DNA of 64,000 nt from Chiloscyllium plagiosum (GCF_004010195.1 NC_057719.1:68041873-68105872), one strand, 5' to 3'; positions 1 through 12,828 are shown, numbered from the stretch's first letter. Notes: generated from the letters alone by a model not told the origin. Translations and numbers: made by a program.

Positions 1-269
1 AAGTCAAAAGGCCTTTGTCATTGATGGCTGATCAACAGATCAATCAGCTACTGTTGCTAGCTAAATCTTCATCCATACATACCTGAGCTCCAACCTATCT
101 GTAACCAGCTGTGTAGACATTACTAATAACGAGTATCAGGTTTCTTGGTTTGAGAAAGTGTAACAATCTTTGTTTTTTTTTAAAAGAAAACAAGTTCGTT
201 TCCCATTTCAGTCCACAATCAAAAATACAGAACAATATTAAGATACAGTTTTTACATAATACAAAATAC

Positions 270-490
270 AAACCAAAAGAATTGAGGATGCTGGAAATCA
301 AAACCAAAAGTAGAAAATGCTGGAAAAAACTCATCAGGTCACACAACATCTGTGGAGAGAAAGAAGAGTTAATGATTTGGGATCAGTGATCTGTCATCAT
401 GTTCTTCAGGAGTTGAACCATTAACTTTGATCTCTCTTCACAGATGCTGCCCGACATGCTAAGTTTTTCTAGCAATTTCTCAGATTGTTA
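270..490. mobile_element. Old Penelope-like fold-back (hairpin) insertion
   Basis: Inverted arms gctggaaaaaactcatcagg..catctgtggagagaaa / tctcttcacagatgctgcccgacatgctaagtttttctagc; same family as 6997-7197 and 37089-37630. Confidence 0.7.
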
Positions 491-689
491 TGGTTTTTAA
501 ATGTCTTCATCCTTAAAACAGAGAAACACAATTTCAAAAATGTGTTTCATAACAAAATATGTGATACACAAACGACAAAATTTATATCCATTCATCCTTC
601 CCCATCTTTAAAGAACCTTATACAATTTGGACTTTTTTTTTTAAGATTAGATAATTCTTAAACCTTTAATTTACTCCCACATTTTACAG

Positions 690-1260
690 TCAGAACAATG
701 CATATGCAATTACATTATCTTTTGCAGCAATGCGAATAATATCCATGTTAAGTGATTGCATGAAAAGACTCCAACTAGTTAGTGTTGCAATCCAAGTGTT
801 AAAATTTTCAATGAAGGTTTGTGGATTACGATCAGTGCAAATTAGTATTGCCGTGACTGCGCCAGACAGAGACTTCAATGCTGAAGACCTAACAACAATC
901 CCAACGTATCTTTTTCTGTGGTAGAGTACTTAGTCTGATAATACCTCACTGGTTTCTCTAGTCCCAACACATTATCCTGTAATAAGACTTTACCTACCCC
1001 CAGTGTCTAGCATCGATCACCATTTTGAAAGATCTGGAAAAATCAGGACAGGCAACAGTGATATACATTTATTAAGATTGACTTCAGCTTCTCAAAGACT
1101 GCTTGGTATTTTACTGACCACACCACTTTTGCTTATTTATTTTTAACAGACACATTAAAAATTACAGCTACTGTGCTGAAATGATGCCAAACTTCCTGGT
1201 AAAATGCACACATTCCCAAATATCTCATGATTTCTTAGTCAGTTTTAGGAACAGGGAATT
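690..1260 (-). pseudogene. Gypsy RT connection/RNase H remnant
   Basis: ORF 690-878 ends in ...ICTDRNP...LTSWSLFMQSLNMDIIRIAAKDNVIAYAL, a decayed form of the Gypsy RNase H motifs TDHxPL...RWxLxLQ...xDNxxADAL. Confidence 0.75.
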
Positions 1261-1261
1261 T

Positions 1262-1578
1262 TTAGATTAGATTAGATTACTTACAGTATGGAAACAGGCC
1301 CTTCGGCCCAACAAGTCCATACCGCCCCGCCGAAGCGTAACCCACCCATACCCCTACATTTACCCCTTACCTAACACTATGGACAATTTAGCATGGCCAA
1401 TTCACCTGACCTGCACATCTTTGGACTGTGGGAGGAAACCGGAGCACCCGGAGGAAACCCACGCACACACGGGGAGAACGTGCAAACTCCACACAGTCAG
1501 TCGCCTGAGGCGGGAATTGAACCCGGGTCTCTGGCGCTGTGAGGCAGCAGTGCTAACCACTGTGCCACCGTGCCGCCC
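1262..1578 (-). mobile_element. HE1-type tRNA-derived V-SINE inserted in the Gypsy RT
   Basis: tRNA-like head (GGGCGGCACGGTGGCACAGTGGTTAGC..GGTTCAATTCCC on the minus strand), V-domain core (CTCCCCGTGT..GCGTGGGTTTCCTCCGGGTGCTCCGGTTTCC), HER1-like tail ending in (TAATC)n; near-identical to 37286-37609. Confidence 0.92.
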
Positions 1579-2018
1579 ACTTATTACAGCCTTCACTTTT
1601 GCTGGCCATAGTAACCCTCGTCCTTGCTTGACAATATGCCCTAGGTAAGTAACTCCTGCTTTTACAAATTCAGTTTGGTTACATTTATTCTCAGCCAACT
1701 GCAATTATTTAAATAGGTCTTCTGTTTGTCGCACTTACTGCCTCCATGTGTCGCGATACATCACAACATCATCTAAATAAATTACACAGTTACATCTTGG
1801 ATACAACCTGGCTTTTAAGCCACTGAATGAAGATGGTCTGTACTTTAGCCCAAATGGCATCACTGGACATTGGTAAAACCCAACTAGTGTAACAAAAACA
1901 GCTATTTCTTTAGCCCTTGATGTTAATGGCAGTTGCCAGCATCCCTTAAACTGATTAATCTTAGAAAGGAACAAACTACTTCCAACCCGATCAATGCAAT
2001 CTTTTAACATGTGGAATT
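1579..2018 (-). pseudogene. Gypsy reverse transcriptase core remnant
   Basis: DCIDRVG..FLSKIN..KGCWQLPL..AFVT-like..YQCPVMPFGLK..VIYLDDVV, then VTYLGHIV..KVKAV in another frame. Confidence 0.88.
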
Positions 2019-3530
2019 GAACATAAGAACTAGGAGCAGAAGTACATAATTCAGCCCTTTGAGCCCATTCTGCCATTCTAATAAGATGACAGCTGATCTC
2101 ATCTCGGCCTCAACTCCATTTTCTTGTCTAAAATCCATAACCCCCAACCGGTAACCAATTAAAAATCTATCCTCACCTTAAATTTATTTATTGTCCCAGC
2201 ATCCACTACATTTTGAGGTAGTGAATTTAACAGATTCATGATCCTTTGAGAGAAGTAATTCCTCATCTGCTTTAAATCTGCCATCCCTTAGACCAAATGT
2301 TATGACTTCTCATTCTAGATTGCCCCACAAGAAGAAACATCAGCTCTGTCTACTTTGTCAATCCCCTTTAGGCATCTTATATACCTCAATTTGATCTCCT
2401 CTCATTCTTCTAAACTTGAGTTATTGGCCTAACTTCTCAAACCCTCGTCATAAAACACCTCCATAATAAACCTAGCAAACCCATTCTGAACTGCTTCCAA
2501 TGTAATTACATCCTTCCTCAAGTAAGGGGACCAAAACTATACACAATACACCAGATGTGGTCTCACCAATGTCTTGTACAATTGCAACATTTCCCTATTT
2601 TTATACATCATTCCTTTAGCAATAACTGCCAAAATTCCACCTGCCAACCATACTTACATATTAATTTTCTGTGACTCATGCATGAGGACACCCAGATCCC
2701 TCTGCACCAAAGCTTCTCTCCATCTAGACAATAAGTTGCCTTCCTATTCCTCTGCTTCATGTTAAACTTAGTTTTTGACTATTCACCTAGCCCATTCATA
2801 GTCATTTATAAATTTCTTGTCTCTTGTTAGAAACTTGCTTTCCCACCTAATCTTGTATCATTTGCAAATTTCACTACACTCCGTCAACAGGAACCAAACC
2901 CTGTGATATCCCACTAGTTATAGCTTGGCAACCAGAAAAAAGATCTATTTATCCTGACTCTTTGTATTCTGTTGGTTAGCCAATTCTCTGTTCAAGTCAA
3001 AATATTGCCCTTAATCCTATATGATCCTACCTTGTGTATTAACCTTTAGTGCAACACCTTCTCAAATGCCTTCTGGAAGTCCAGTTTAACCACATCTACG
3101 ATTCCCCATTATTCACTTACTTGTTACATCTTCGCGGAACTCCAGCAAATTACTGAAATAGGACCGATCTTTAATTAAGCCATGCTGACTTCAATGAATC
3201 GTATTTTGAATTTTCAAATGTTCCATGCATACTTCCTTCCTATTGATTCTAACAATTTCACAATGACAGATGTTAAACTAACTAATCTGTAATTTCCTAC
3301 TTTCTGCCTCCCTTTTGAAAAAGAGTGTTATATTAGCATTTTTCCAAAGTTCTGGAAATTCTTTCCTGAATCCAGGGAACTTTGGAATGCTGTAAGCAAT
3401 GAAGCTGCTATCTCTGCGCACTTCCTTTAAGACCCTAGGATTTAGGCCATCAGGCCTTGGGGACTTTCCTGCCTTTAATCCCAGTAGTTTGCTTAGTACT
3501 TTTTCCCTTTGCACTGATGATTGTTTTAGG
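2019..3530 (-). mobile_element. 5'-truncated CR1-clade LINE nested in the Gypsy RT
   Basis: Typical shark CR1 3' end (gaacataagaactaggagcagaagta..cagcccttt); RT N-terminal motif KLLGLKAGKSPRPDGLNPRVLKE (ORF 3278-3538); the Gypsy RT (LCVD motif) resumes at ~3540-3600. Confidence 0.85.
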
Positions 3531-4993
3531 TTCCTCAATATTAGTGGGTATAAATTTGTCGTTGTAATCAGATTTATCTTTCTTTAATCTACACAGAATC
3601 TAGTTGATTAATCCAGTTTAGAAACTAACACTATGAGTGGACTTTGGCTGCTTTGATTAAGTTCAATCAAGTGGTTTTCCAATATTTAGTGAATGTTTGT
3701 CTCCACCTAAGCTTGAATTCTAGACTCAACAGATAAAGATACTGTTTACTGGTCCTGACTCCTCTACGTCCACATCAGGCACAATGCTTTCTAGGCATCG
3801 AGGTGAATCTTTATAGACTATCTTATGCTTCCTCAGTAGTCTTACAGGATTCTCATGCCCTCTCTCTAAATAAGAGAACAACGTGTCTAGCTGTCCTAGT
3901 ATTTCTGTTAGCTAGTCAAAGTAGGCGAATCACTTTAAAGAACTGTGTAACTCTCTTTCCATCTCACTTGTTGTCGCCATCATTTTCCACTATTCTTACC
4001 ACCTGATACACTTGTTCCTCTTAATTCTCTTCCCTACAATGATTCTCTTTTCAACATGTTTTCGTGACATAAAATACCAATCACAGAAAGATCAGAAGAA
4101 AATCAGTTACCAGATTAGTCATTCCACTAATCCTCCTGACTACTTTGTATGGGCCACTGAGTTTTTCTTTTGGAAGTACACCTTGGAAAAAGGCAACAAT
4201 ATGTCTCTCACTTCAAATATTTTAATTGCTGAATGCTCATCTGCCCATTCTTATGTTTGGTTTTGAAACTTTCAAATACTCATGCTACCTTACGTATTCC
4301 TGAGAGCCTTTCCAGAACCATGGCCATGTAATTCAACTTAAGGATTTGTCTTTTTGGTACAAGATCTTCTCCCTAAACAACTTTAATGGACTATAATCAC
4401 ATGACTGTAAATCAGCTTGAATAGAGTGAACTCAATAGATTGATTTGGGGAATCACTGGTAGACATTAGTAAGAAGCCATTCCTTTGCCCCAATCCTGTG
4501 AGTATTTATGACAGTATGCCTAATGATGGTCTGGAGAGATTGACTGTACCTTTTCAAAGCTACCTTTATTTGTGGATGATGCACAACTGACTTCACAATT
4601 GTTTCATTCTCAAATTACAAATGATCTCCTGGAAAACTTTTGACATAAAGTTAGAATCCTGATCAGACTGTACCTCAATTGGTAGTCCATAACGAGTTAA
4701 CTTTTCCATGGCTACCCTGGTTGCAATCGTCTTTAAGGAAATAGCTTCTGGAAATTGAATTGTCGCATCCATTTTTGCAAGGATATATTGATGTTATGCT
4801 TTCACTTTTGGTAATGGTCCTACACTATCTACCACCACTCAACTGGATGGTTCTTCAAGAGCTGGTACAGGTATCAAAGGTACTGGTTAGATTACACGTT
4901 GAGGTTTTCCTACCACATGACAGGTATGGCAAATTTTACAGAGCTGGACTACATATTTATGATATCCTGGCCATGTAAAATACCTGGTTATCA

Positions 4994-5027
4994 TTCCTGA
5001 AGAAGGGCTTATGCCCGAAACGTCGAT
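4994..5027 (+). ncRNA. Minimal type-I hammerhead ribozyme motif (Penelope-type)
   Basis: CUGAAGA-A-GGGC(UUAU)GCCC-GAAA-CG-UC at 4997-5024: catalytic core, 4-bp helix II, palindromic ACGU in place of helix III. Confidence 0.7.
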
Positions 5028-5085
5028 TCTCCTGTTCCTTGGATGCTGCCTGACCTGCTGCGCTTTTCCAGCAACACATTTTCTG
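4994..5085 (+). mobile_element. Short Penelope-like terminal-repeat insertion with 12-bp TSD
   Basis: Perfect TSD ACCTGGTTATCA at 4982-4993 and 5086-5097; interrupts the Gypsy integrase Zn-finger region. Confidence 0.85.
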
Positions 5086-5817
5086 ACCTGGTTATCAATG
5101 CCTACATTTTCTGTATTTCTGAACATCCTGTCATAGGAATTTCATGTGCTACTCACAATATCTGGGCTACAACACAATTTGATGAACACTATCCATTTTT
5201 TGCCCACAGTGCTGTGGGGAGGTCTTCACTTCTCCAATAGAAGTCTATTCTTAATATACCACCAGTCTAGAACTCCTTCAGCCTCAATTTCAGTGCAAAC
5301 TGTTTGTCTTAACTTATTTTAATCTGGATCTGCACTTTAAGCCTCAATTAATGAAGACATAACCAACATTTCGTTTGATTTATACTCATTCTCAAGTAAA
5401 TTTGCAGCAACCCTCACATCTGCTTCTGGTACTATAGTGATCTCTGGTGATAAACTTTTTTTAGCCATTGCTCTTTCACTATATACTATGGAAAAATGCC
5501 TGGAACCTGAACTACCAATTGTTCTGTCTCTTTCACCTCAACTGGATTTTCTGTCATTATTGGCAAAACTAAAGCTTTCATGCCTGCTATGCCATTTGCC
5601 ATAAGTAAATAAACTCCATCCACAGACAATTTCTAAATTATCCCAACTATCACCCACCCAGACAACAAATCATACGCCATTTGAACTTTGTACAATGGAA
5701 CTGGGATATACTCTCCACTTATTCCATTTACGAACACTGTTTTTCATTGAATTCTTTGGAGGGAAAACAAAATCCTTCTCAACAAGAGTTCAAGTAGCCC
5801 CTGCATTGCTTAATATA

Positions 5818-6028
5818 CTTTGGAGATGCCGGTGTTGGACTGGGGTGTATGAAGTTAAAAATCACACAACACCAGCTTATAGTCCAACAGGTTTAATTAG
5901 AAGCACTAGCTTTCGGAGCGTCGATCGTTCATCAGGTGGAGGTCATCTGATGAAGGAGCATCCTCCGAAAGCTAGTGCTTTCAATTAAATCTGTTGGACT
6001 ATAAGCTGGTGTTGTGTGATTTTTAACT
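5818..6028. mobile_element. Penelope-like fold-back insertion (second family) with 12-bp TSD
   Basis: Inverted arms aagttaaaaatcacacaacaccagcttatagtccaacag / ctgttggactataagctggtgttgtgtgatttttaactt; TSD TTGCTTAATATA at 5806-5817 and 6029-6040. Confidence 0.88.
5944..5977 (+). ncRNA. Minimal hammerhead ribozyme motif
   Basis: CAU-CUGAUGA-A-GGAG(CAUC)CUCC-GAAA-GC-UA-GUG; 3-bp helix I, 4-bp helix II, palindromic AGCU. Confidence 0.7.
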
Positions 6029-6996
6029 TTGCTTAATATAGTTATGGACGTCCTTTGAGGATAAAAGTGTTATTTTCCCTTTCAAAATAAAAACCTTCAT
6101 CTCTCAATTACCCACAAACACTTTCTGCACTTTCAGCAGTGTTTACCTTTGGTTTCTTTGTAGTTAAACCTACAATCTGGTCTGTAGCTTTTTCCTATGG
6201 AGTTTTCTTATTGGACTTATTCTTTCAAGTTACAATTGGTTTTCCTCACAACTTATAGCATTTTGAACAAACGTGCTCCACCTTGTCACAATGGAAACAC
6301 CTCAGCTTCTGACTTTCATCTCCACCCTCAGAACTTTCCTCTCTGATCGGAGGAGGACAATTTGGGGAAGTCCTAGCTGTTCATTTCTTATCTTGGCTAC
6401 TGCCCTCATTTCATTTCTCCCATTTCCTATTCCAATTTATGAAGAATACAGAAAAAAGTAGCTTAGTGTTATGGTTTAGGTTATAACTGTGTCTTAGCAG
6501 TTGCACTCTTTGATCTTCAACATGGGCTCTTATTACAGAAGGTAGTGAATTTTTAAACTCTAATAGTATAACCTGTTTAAGATCTCTTATGCTCTTATTC
6601 ACCTGGTAAAGTTCCTTTGCTTAACCCTTTCAAATTAAATATAAATTTGTCCTAGTTGCTGCATTAATTCCAGAACTTTAATCTCAGGCACTAACTCAAG
6701 TGCAGCCAATGTAGTTCTTAAGTAAACAGTGTCATTATCCTGTGAAATCACCTATAACAGTGAAAAACAAATTTTCTGTGCTTTACCTGTGAACTTGCTC
6801 TGTATGACCAATTCTAACTTACTCATCTCTATCCGTTTCAATGACATTTTCCTTTTCATTCTTGCTCTGTCTTTTTCTTCCCTTTTTTCTCTTCTCAATC
6901 TGCTCGAACTGTAACTCAATCGCACCGGATTTCAATGTTTCATTACTTGGATTTCCTTTAAACCTAAATGCCATGCCAGGTTCTCAATTATCCCTG

Positions 6997-7197
6997 AAAC
7001 AGAACAAAGGGCTGCACATTCTGGAAGTCAAACATTTAGCAGGTCTGTCAGTGTCTACATACAGAAAGCAGAGTTAAAGTTTTGGATTCAGTCACCCTTC
7101 TTCTGAAAAAGGATCACTGAGTCCAAAACATTAACTCTGCTTCCTCTCCACAAACTCTGCCAGACCTGCTGAGTTTCTCCAGCAGTTTTTGCTTTTG
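6997..7197. mobile_element. Old Penelope-like fold-back insertion (third family)
   Basis: Inverted arms around tcacccttcttctgaaaaaggatcac; degenerate 15-bp TSD tctcaattatccctg (6982-6996) / tctcaactacctctg (7198-7212). Confidence 0.78.
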
Positions 7198-7349
7198 TCT
7201 CAACTACCTCTGCTTTCCTAGCTTTGCTAAGGAATGCTACTTCCAGTTTACCAGTCAATTCAATCAACCTGGATGTTGGAAGTTCCTAAGATTCCCATAG
7301 ATAACTCTACCACCTGTAGGAAATCCTATGTCATTTCCAATGCCACATT

Positions 7350-8298
7350 TAAATGTAGTACAGAACTTGGTGTTCTCCTTCACCTGAGTTAGGTGCACAT
7401 TGCAGACCCTTCTTGCCTCAGTTTCAAAATAATCCCGAACTGGGGAATGCAAGCTTCTCTGGTACTGGAGTCATCACAAAACTTAAAGATTTTATAAAAG
7501 TACCCAAAATTCTCCAATTGACTTGTTTTTTAGATGAATGTTGACAGAAAGCATAGACGAGGTTTGTATGCATAACAAGAAATGCTATCACAAATAATTA
7601 CATTCTAGCTACAGATAAACAATTATGAACAGTCAATGTATCACTCCACTAATTAAATTCCTAACCCCTTATCAACTACCCCTACAAACACATACATACA
7701 GGAAAACAAAAGCAAGAGTTTTATGGATAGTAAAAAAGACTGGGAAGGCAGTTCAATGGTGTTCACAGGGTTCACTGAAAATGATCCTTTTGGTTCATCA
7801 GGACATGCTATTCTTGGATTCTCTTTCCCCATATAGTTGATAAAAAGTAGTTTTTATCTGACTGACTGGGTAAGAGACATAACTTATGGAGTGAAAAATA
7901 AACTGGCTTTTTTCAGGTTTAAGGTGGCTTAGACTGCAGAGAATACAGCTTCCATCCTTTTAGAGATCCAATGGCTTCTCCCAAACATTCACATCCCCAA
8001 CTATAGAGCTACATGGGAGACAATCACACAGGTCAGAGGCCTTTGTCATCAATAACTGGTCACTAATCCACAAATCAATCAGTGACGCTTCATTCTAATT
8101 CTTGACTTTTGCATTGCACTCTGGCTCCAGCTCATCCATAACCAAACTTCTGCTGCTGCTTGAACAGGTAGCTGTTGTAAAAGCACTTACAATGAGTGTC
8201 AAGTTACTTGCTTTTAAAAAGTGCATCGATCCTTGCTTTAGTAAGTTTGTTCCCCTCATTTACCACAATCAAAAACACAGAAAAATAAAGTTTTGACA
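7350..8298 (-). repeat. Probable 5' LTR of the left Gmr1-like element
   Basis: Lies upstream of gag on the minus strand and ends ...ttttgaca; 8030-8298 resembles 1-250. Left boundary uncertain. Confidence 0.5.
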
Positions 8299-9111
8299 GT
8301 TAAAAGCTTTCAAAGTAAGTGCTATGTGATTTAATTAAAAAGGTGCAGTAAGTTAAAAATTTTCAAAACTTTGAACTGTCAGGTTAAAAAAAACAGCATT
8401 AATCAAAATCGTTCTTCTGAAATGTCATTCTTTTACAGTAGATAGTCGAGATTGAAAGAAAGCATGACCATCAGTTTCTCACCCCTTTGTGAGCTAGTTT
8501 TCAGAAGTAGCAGCCACAAAATTATCAAGTTTATTCAATGAACAGACATATATTTCTCCAGTTTGGAGAATGGAAAATCCTTCTTTATGCACATTTGTGT
8601 CTTATGACATGCTGTCTGTTCTATTAGCAATCCCAACACTTTCCCAATAATATGATGTGGTTTAAACTACATTTAGACTTAATACAACCATCTAAGGCAA
8701 AGGCAATTCATTGGCTTTCAGAAGAACTCTCTTATGTTTATACGATTGGGGGACTTTTTTTTTTAAAGTTTTAGTTTTACTACCAATAAGCTCTCAATTC
8801 TCAATAAACATCACTTTCGCATAAAATAGTCATGACTTACTAAAGCACAAATCTACGTTTAGCTTTGTCTCAAAGTACAAAATATTGAAGTGCATTATTT
8901 GTAATATGTGGGACTTGCACTTAATTCTATTTATAAAGCAGCTTTACAGATAAGTAGAAAGGCAGAGCAGACAACAATTGGGCAAATCTGAGATGTTGGA
9001 TCCTAATAGAACACAGCATCTATAAAAGTGCTTACAGTGTTGAAAGAAAAGCTGTCACTATCACCAGCTGGCAAGAAACTGGAGTGAGTCATTTAAGACT
9101 GCTCATCTTAG

Positions 9112-10022
9112 TGGAGATCTCTTCTGAAACATGGGAGAACGTATGGGAGAATACTCAAAAGATCTCAATCTGTAATAGGCCATGTGCTGCGTAGTTAAAA
9201 CTTCTGCACAGGGCTCATCTGGCACCACACTGTCTGGCAAAGTTTAGAAATAGGGCATCTCCAGCGTGCCCCAAATGTAAAATCAATACAGGTACTCTTA
9301 CCCATTGCTTCTGGACATGCCGCAGGCTCTGTGTTTATTGGAGCGCTGTGGCAGGAGAGATAGGGAGGGTATTGAGGACTGAAGTCAAAGTAGACCCGAT
9401 CTCTCTCCTCTTAGGTTTACCGAATTTACCATCTTTAGACGGGCATGGGAAGAAACTTTTTAATATTCTTGCATACCGTGCACAGAAGAATATTCTGATG
9501 AATTGTGTGTCTGAGAACCCACCGCGCTTGCTGGGATGGCAGAAATTAATTATGGAGCACATTCCTTTGGACTTATTTTTTTACAAACATAGTGCACCAC
9601 ACAACAGACAATTTTTATAAGATATGGCAGCCCTACTTGAGTTATTTGGATATAGATTTGTCAGTTATTTTAACTAGGGCGTTTGTTTAATTGTCAAGCC
9701 CTGGAGGGGTCTCCCAAGTTAATACGGGTATATAAACAATGCTCCCGTTCCTTTGTTTGGGAGCTTTGTGCCGAGCATAGCTGTTCTGTATTTTGTGGGT
9801 TTTTTGTTTTTGCTTTTCTTTCTTTTTTGGTGTTGCTTTGCACAGTGTTAGGGTTTGCTTTGAATTATAGGGTAGGTTAGTAGTTAGTAGATAATAGTTG
9901 TATTGTAATTTGTGTTTTTTCTTTTTATTATATTGATATTTGTTATTGATTGTTTTTTCAACAATTTTATATGTTTGTAAAGTTAAAAGAATTTGCTAAT
10001 AAATATATTTACAAAAACAAAC
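9112..10022 (+). mobile_element. 5'-truncated L1-clade LINE (ORF2 C-terminus, 3'UTR, A-rich tail)
   Basis: ETWENVW..ISICNR..LKLLHR..CPKCKINTGTLTHCFWTC (CCHC knuckle)..YWSAV..DPISLLLG; AATAAA then A-rich end; 13-bp TSD ctgctcatctYag at 9099-9111 and 10023-10035. Confidence 0.88.
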
Positions 10023-10209
10023 CTGCTCATCTCAGAATCAAGTACTAAAAAGCAGTAAGGATTATGATATTTACCTCAAAAAGCCACAATATTGTAGAAC
10101 AAAGCAAGTTTAAGTTTAATTTCTTCCACTTTGAGCTTTGCAGCTGTGTTGAGAAGATTGATTTTACTTGGTGTGGGGCAAAGAGAACAAAGGTAACACG
10201 ACGACTATA

Positions 10210-10425
10210 CAGATTGTTCTGTTATAATGCAACAATTGTGTTCCTCTGTAACTTCATGCTCTAGAAAACCGTGTTATGGAAAACCGCAATAGAAAGTCGT
10301 GCTGTAGAAGATCACGGTACCCATTCAGTAGAAAGTTCATGTTATCCAAACAACTTCCACAATTTTCCAATCATGTTATAGCCAATTCTTTCTGACAAAA
10401 CACGCATTTATAGCAGAACAACTTG
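10210..10425. mobile_element. Tc1/mariner/pogo(Tigger)-type MITE
   Basis: TIRs cagattgttctgttataa / ttatagcagaacaacttg, each flanked by TA; short internal repeated motifs; no ORF. Confidence 0.75.
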
Positions 10426-12019
10426 TACCAATGTTGTACATCTCCTGATGCTGCTACATTGCAAGCACAAATGAAAACCCCACAGCAAGTTCAATGTTAC
10501 AATCTCTGTAGGGACTGTAACTTAAAAAAAAAAATCAAAATTCTAGTTAAGAGATGAAAAATATGACACAGGATTTAATGATAAGATTTTTATTGTTTCA
10601 AATAATTCAAATCACTATTCCCTAAACACTTTTTAAAAAAGCTAACATCCATTAAATTACAGAAATAAACCTTTCACCTTTCTACTGATAACACATCATA
10701 TTCCCCAAAGATTTACAGTCCCTTTAGGAAACAGTCTCCCAACTTTCAATGTGCTCATGTTCCCTGGTTTCGCCCCAGTTGTAACTTTGAGTGACCACCA
10801 CCTCTAAGTACTTCCCTTAGATTTTGCAGAATTTCCTAAATTCACTACCAGCAGCAAATCTGCCTGAAAAATTCTTCTACTCTGGCCATGCCAATACAAA
10901 TATCCCAGAATCTTTAGATGGTTGTGGATGCATTTATTTGACTAGAGATATGCAATTGTGGTAGTTAGCAAAGTCAAGTAGCCTCTTCTCTCTGTTGACC
11001 ACAAAAAAACTACAATATTCATCGACTTGTAAGGAAGCCTGTAACCAGATCTTATGAATCTCCGCCCTCTTCTCCATGCCGACTTGAAGCATATTAGTAC
11101 TGCATTCAGATTGTAGACATGTGATTAGTAGTTCTTCAGAACCCAACTTTTTTTAATGCTAGAACCAAATGAATAATTTAAAGCACAATTGCTTACAACT
11201 TGACATTCTAAATATTTCTGGAATTTTTGAAATTCAGTCTCTACTGTTAAATTCAATGGCTGCTGCCATTGTTGCAGAACACAAATAGCTTGAATCTGTT
11301 TCTCAGTAAAATAATCTAACCTCCCTTTGATCACTAGTAATCAAGGCACTGAGGCTTACTGTCAGGCGGATTGCAGAACAGGTTACATAACTTCTTTCTT
11401 TAACATTTAAAGAAAGAATTGCTTCTCTTTTAGCTTTTTGTGTACTACATGGGGCCACCAAAAACCAGTGGATCACCTTGAAATAGACTATAATTTGATT
11501 GACTTGACACATGATTTTATAGCAGGAAACTCTTTCTGCCACAAGCCCTCCCCATTATACAAACTGGGGATCAGCACTGATATATGCTGGCTTGCCTGCA
11601 CAGTAGCTGGGCTGAATGAAAGAAAGATATGCATGCAGGATTACAAAATAATGCTTTGAGAAAAATCTGGAAAATTTAAAATCAGATTGCTGTTAAAATT
11701 AATGTGACATATCCCCTCAAAAAAACACAACTGATACATGGACATGTGCATTAAATTGTGGAAGATTAAAACCATAGTTATATATATAGATTGGAGAACA
11801 ATATGTGCATCTGATCACAGCAGTTGCAGAACCAGTTATACACTGCTTATCAGATTTGACATTTCTTTCAGCAATTCCAAACCTGGATCTTTGTGTAGAC
11901 AATGCATATCAGCTCAATATCAGGTGCAGACAACATACTCAACTAAGCACTCTGAAATTTAAGAAACCTTTGCTGGATGTATGCAGCAATTAGATACAAT
12001 TAAAACTACTTTAAATACA

Positions 12020-12025
12020 TTTATT
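12020..12025 (-). promoter_or_regulatory. Candidate polyadenylation signal AATAAA for CDIN1
   Basis: First minus-strand AATAAA I found ~650 nt past the stop; would define a 3'UTR of about 12000-12674. Confidence 0.4.
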
Positions 12026-12674
12026 GTCAAGCTTTTATGTTATTGAGGGTGAACCCAAAATCTTGTACATGTGAGTGCTCAGAAAACAAAGTTATGTTCT
12101 TGGCTATGAACTGGAAATCATGTTTGAAGAATCTAACTGCCAGGAATTCATTCCTTCTGTTTTAACACATTATGCATTCAGACTGCTAATTTGATGAATT
12201 ATGACAATTTTGCAATGATATAACATAATACCCTTTGTAAACCAATTTGGATGAAATTAAAACATTTTAAACCATCTTACAATTGTTTAACATATCATAA
12301 AAACAGCCCTCCTATAAATTCACAGCACAGTAATAAACCTTAACAATTAATGTTTCAATAAATTAAACAAACTTCGAATAGTGCCTTCTGGCATTTGAAT
12401 TTTCACCCTTCAGATTGGAGAAAAGAATTCGGAAGTTGGAAAGATTAAGACTATCTACAAAGTATTGACACAGACGGGCATACTGATAATGAGTGGTGCA
12501 TGTCTTTAAGTTCTTGGCTGCTCACAGAAGCGTGTTGCTGAAATAAAGCAGAAACCCTGAATGTGTTTTTCTAAAGAGGTATTACGGTGACCCAGGGCAG
12601 CAGGAGTTCAACAAAAGTTCAGTCAAGATTTTGTCAGTAGTTCTCAATGCAGAAAGGAAAAATCACTTCCGGAT

Positions 12675-12828
12675 TCACCTATCCCTTCCGCATTCAGTAT
12701 TGGCCATGGTGCTGTGCAAGGTTACAATGTCTTCGGGGAAACAATCTTTGAGTATGATTCCACGGTTACGGTGACAGTCCAACTCCTCAATAAATCCACA
12801 CCAGTAGATCACTAATCCAGGTCCAAAT
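12675..12828 (-). CDS. CDIN1: Terminal coding exon of CDAN1-interacting nuclease 1 (C15orf41)
   Basis: Translates (R)[50 protein letters not shown], matching the human CDIN1 C-terminus as I recall it ([38 protein letters not shown]). Preceded by a ctaattttcAG acceptor (AG = 12830-12829), phase 2. Confidence 0.93.

Larger units (their letters stand above)
1..8298 (-). mobile_element. Decayed Gmr1-like Ty3/Gypsy LTR retrotransposon (gag-PR-INT-RT-RNaseH order), interrupted by nested SINE, CR1 and Penelope-like insertions
   Basis: Minus-strand fragments in order: gag/SCAN-like (LKQVILLEFKNSLPSVIRAHVEDQR, 6411-6602); integrase Zn-finger (CHTCHVVGKPQ, ~4900) and core (YGLPIEVQSDQDSNFMSKVF, ~4640-4700); RT (VIYLDDVV, ~1770); RNase H end (TDRNP...WSLFMQ...KDNVIAYAL, 690-878). 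Sequence 1-250 resembles 8030-8298, consistent with two diverged LTRs. Outer boundaries are approximate. Confidence 0.8.

Noticed and set aside
1379..1704. ORFs similar to those at 37169-37578, suggesting a duplicated gene
   Set aside because: Both are chance frames through HE1 SINE copies.
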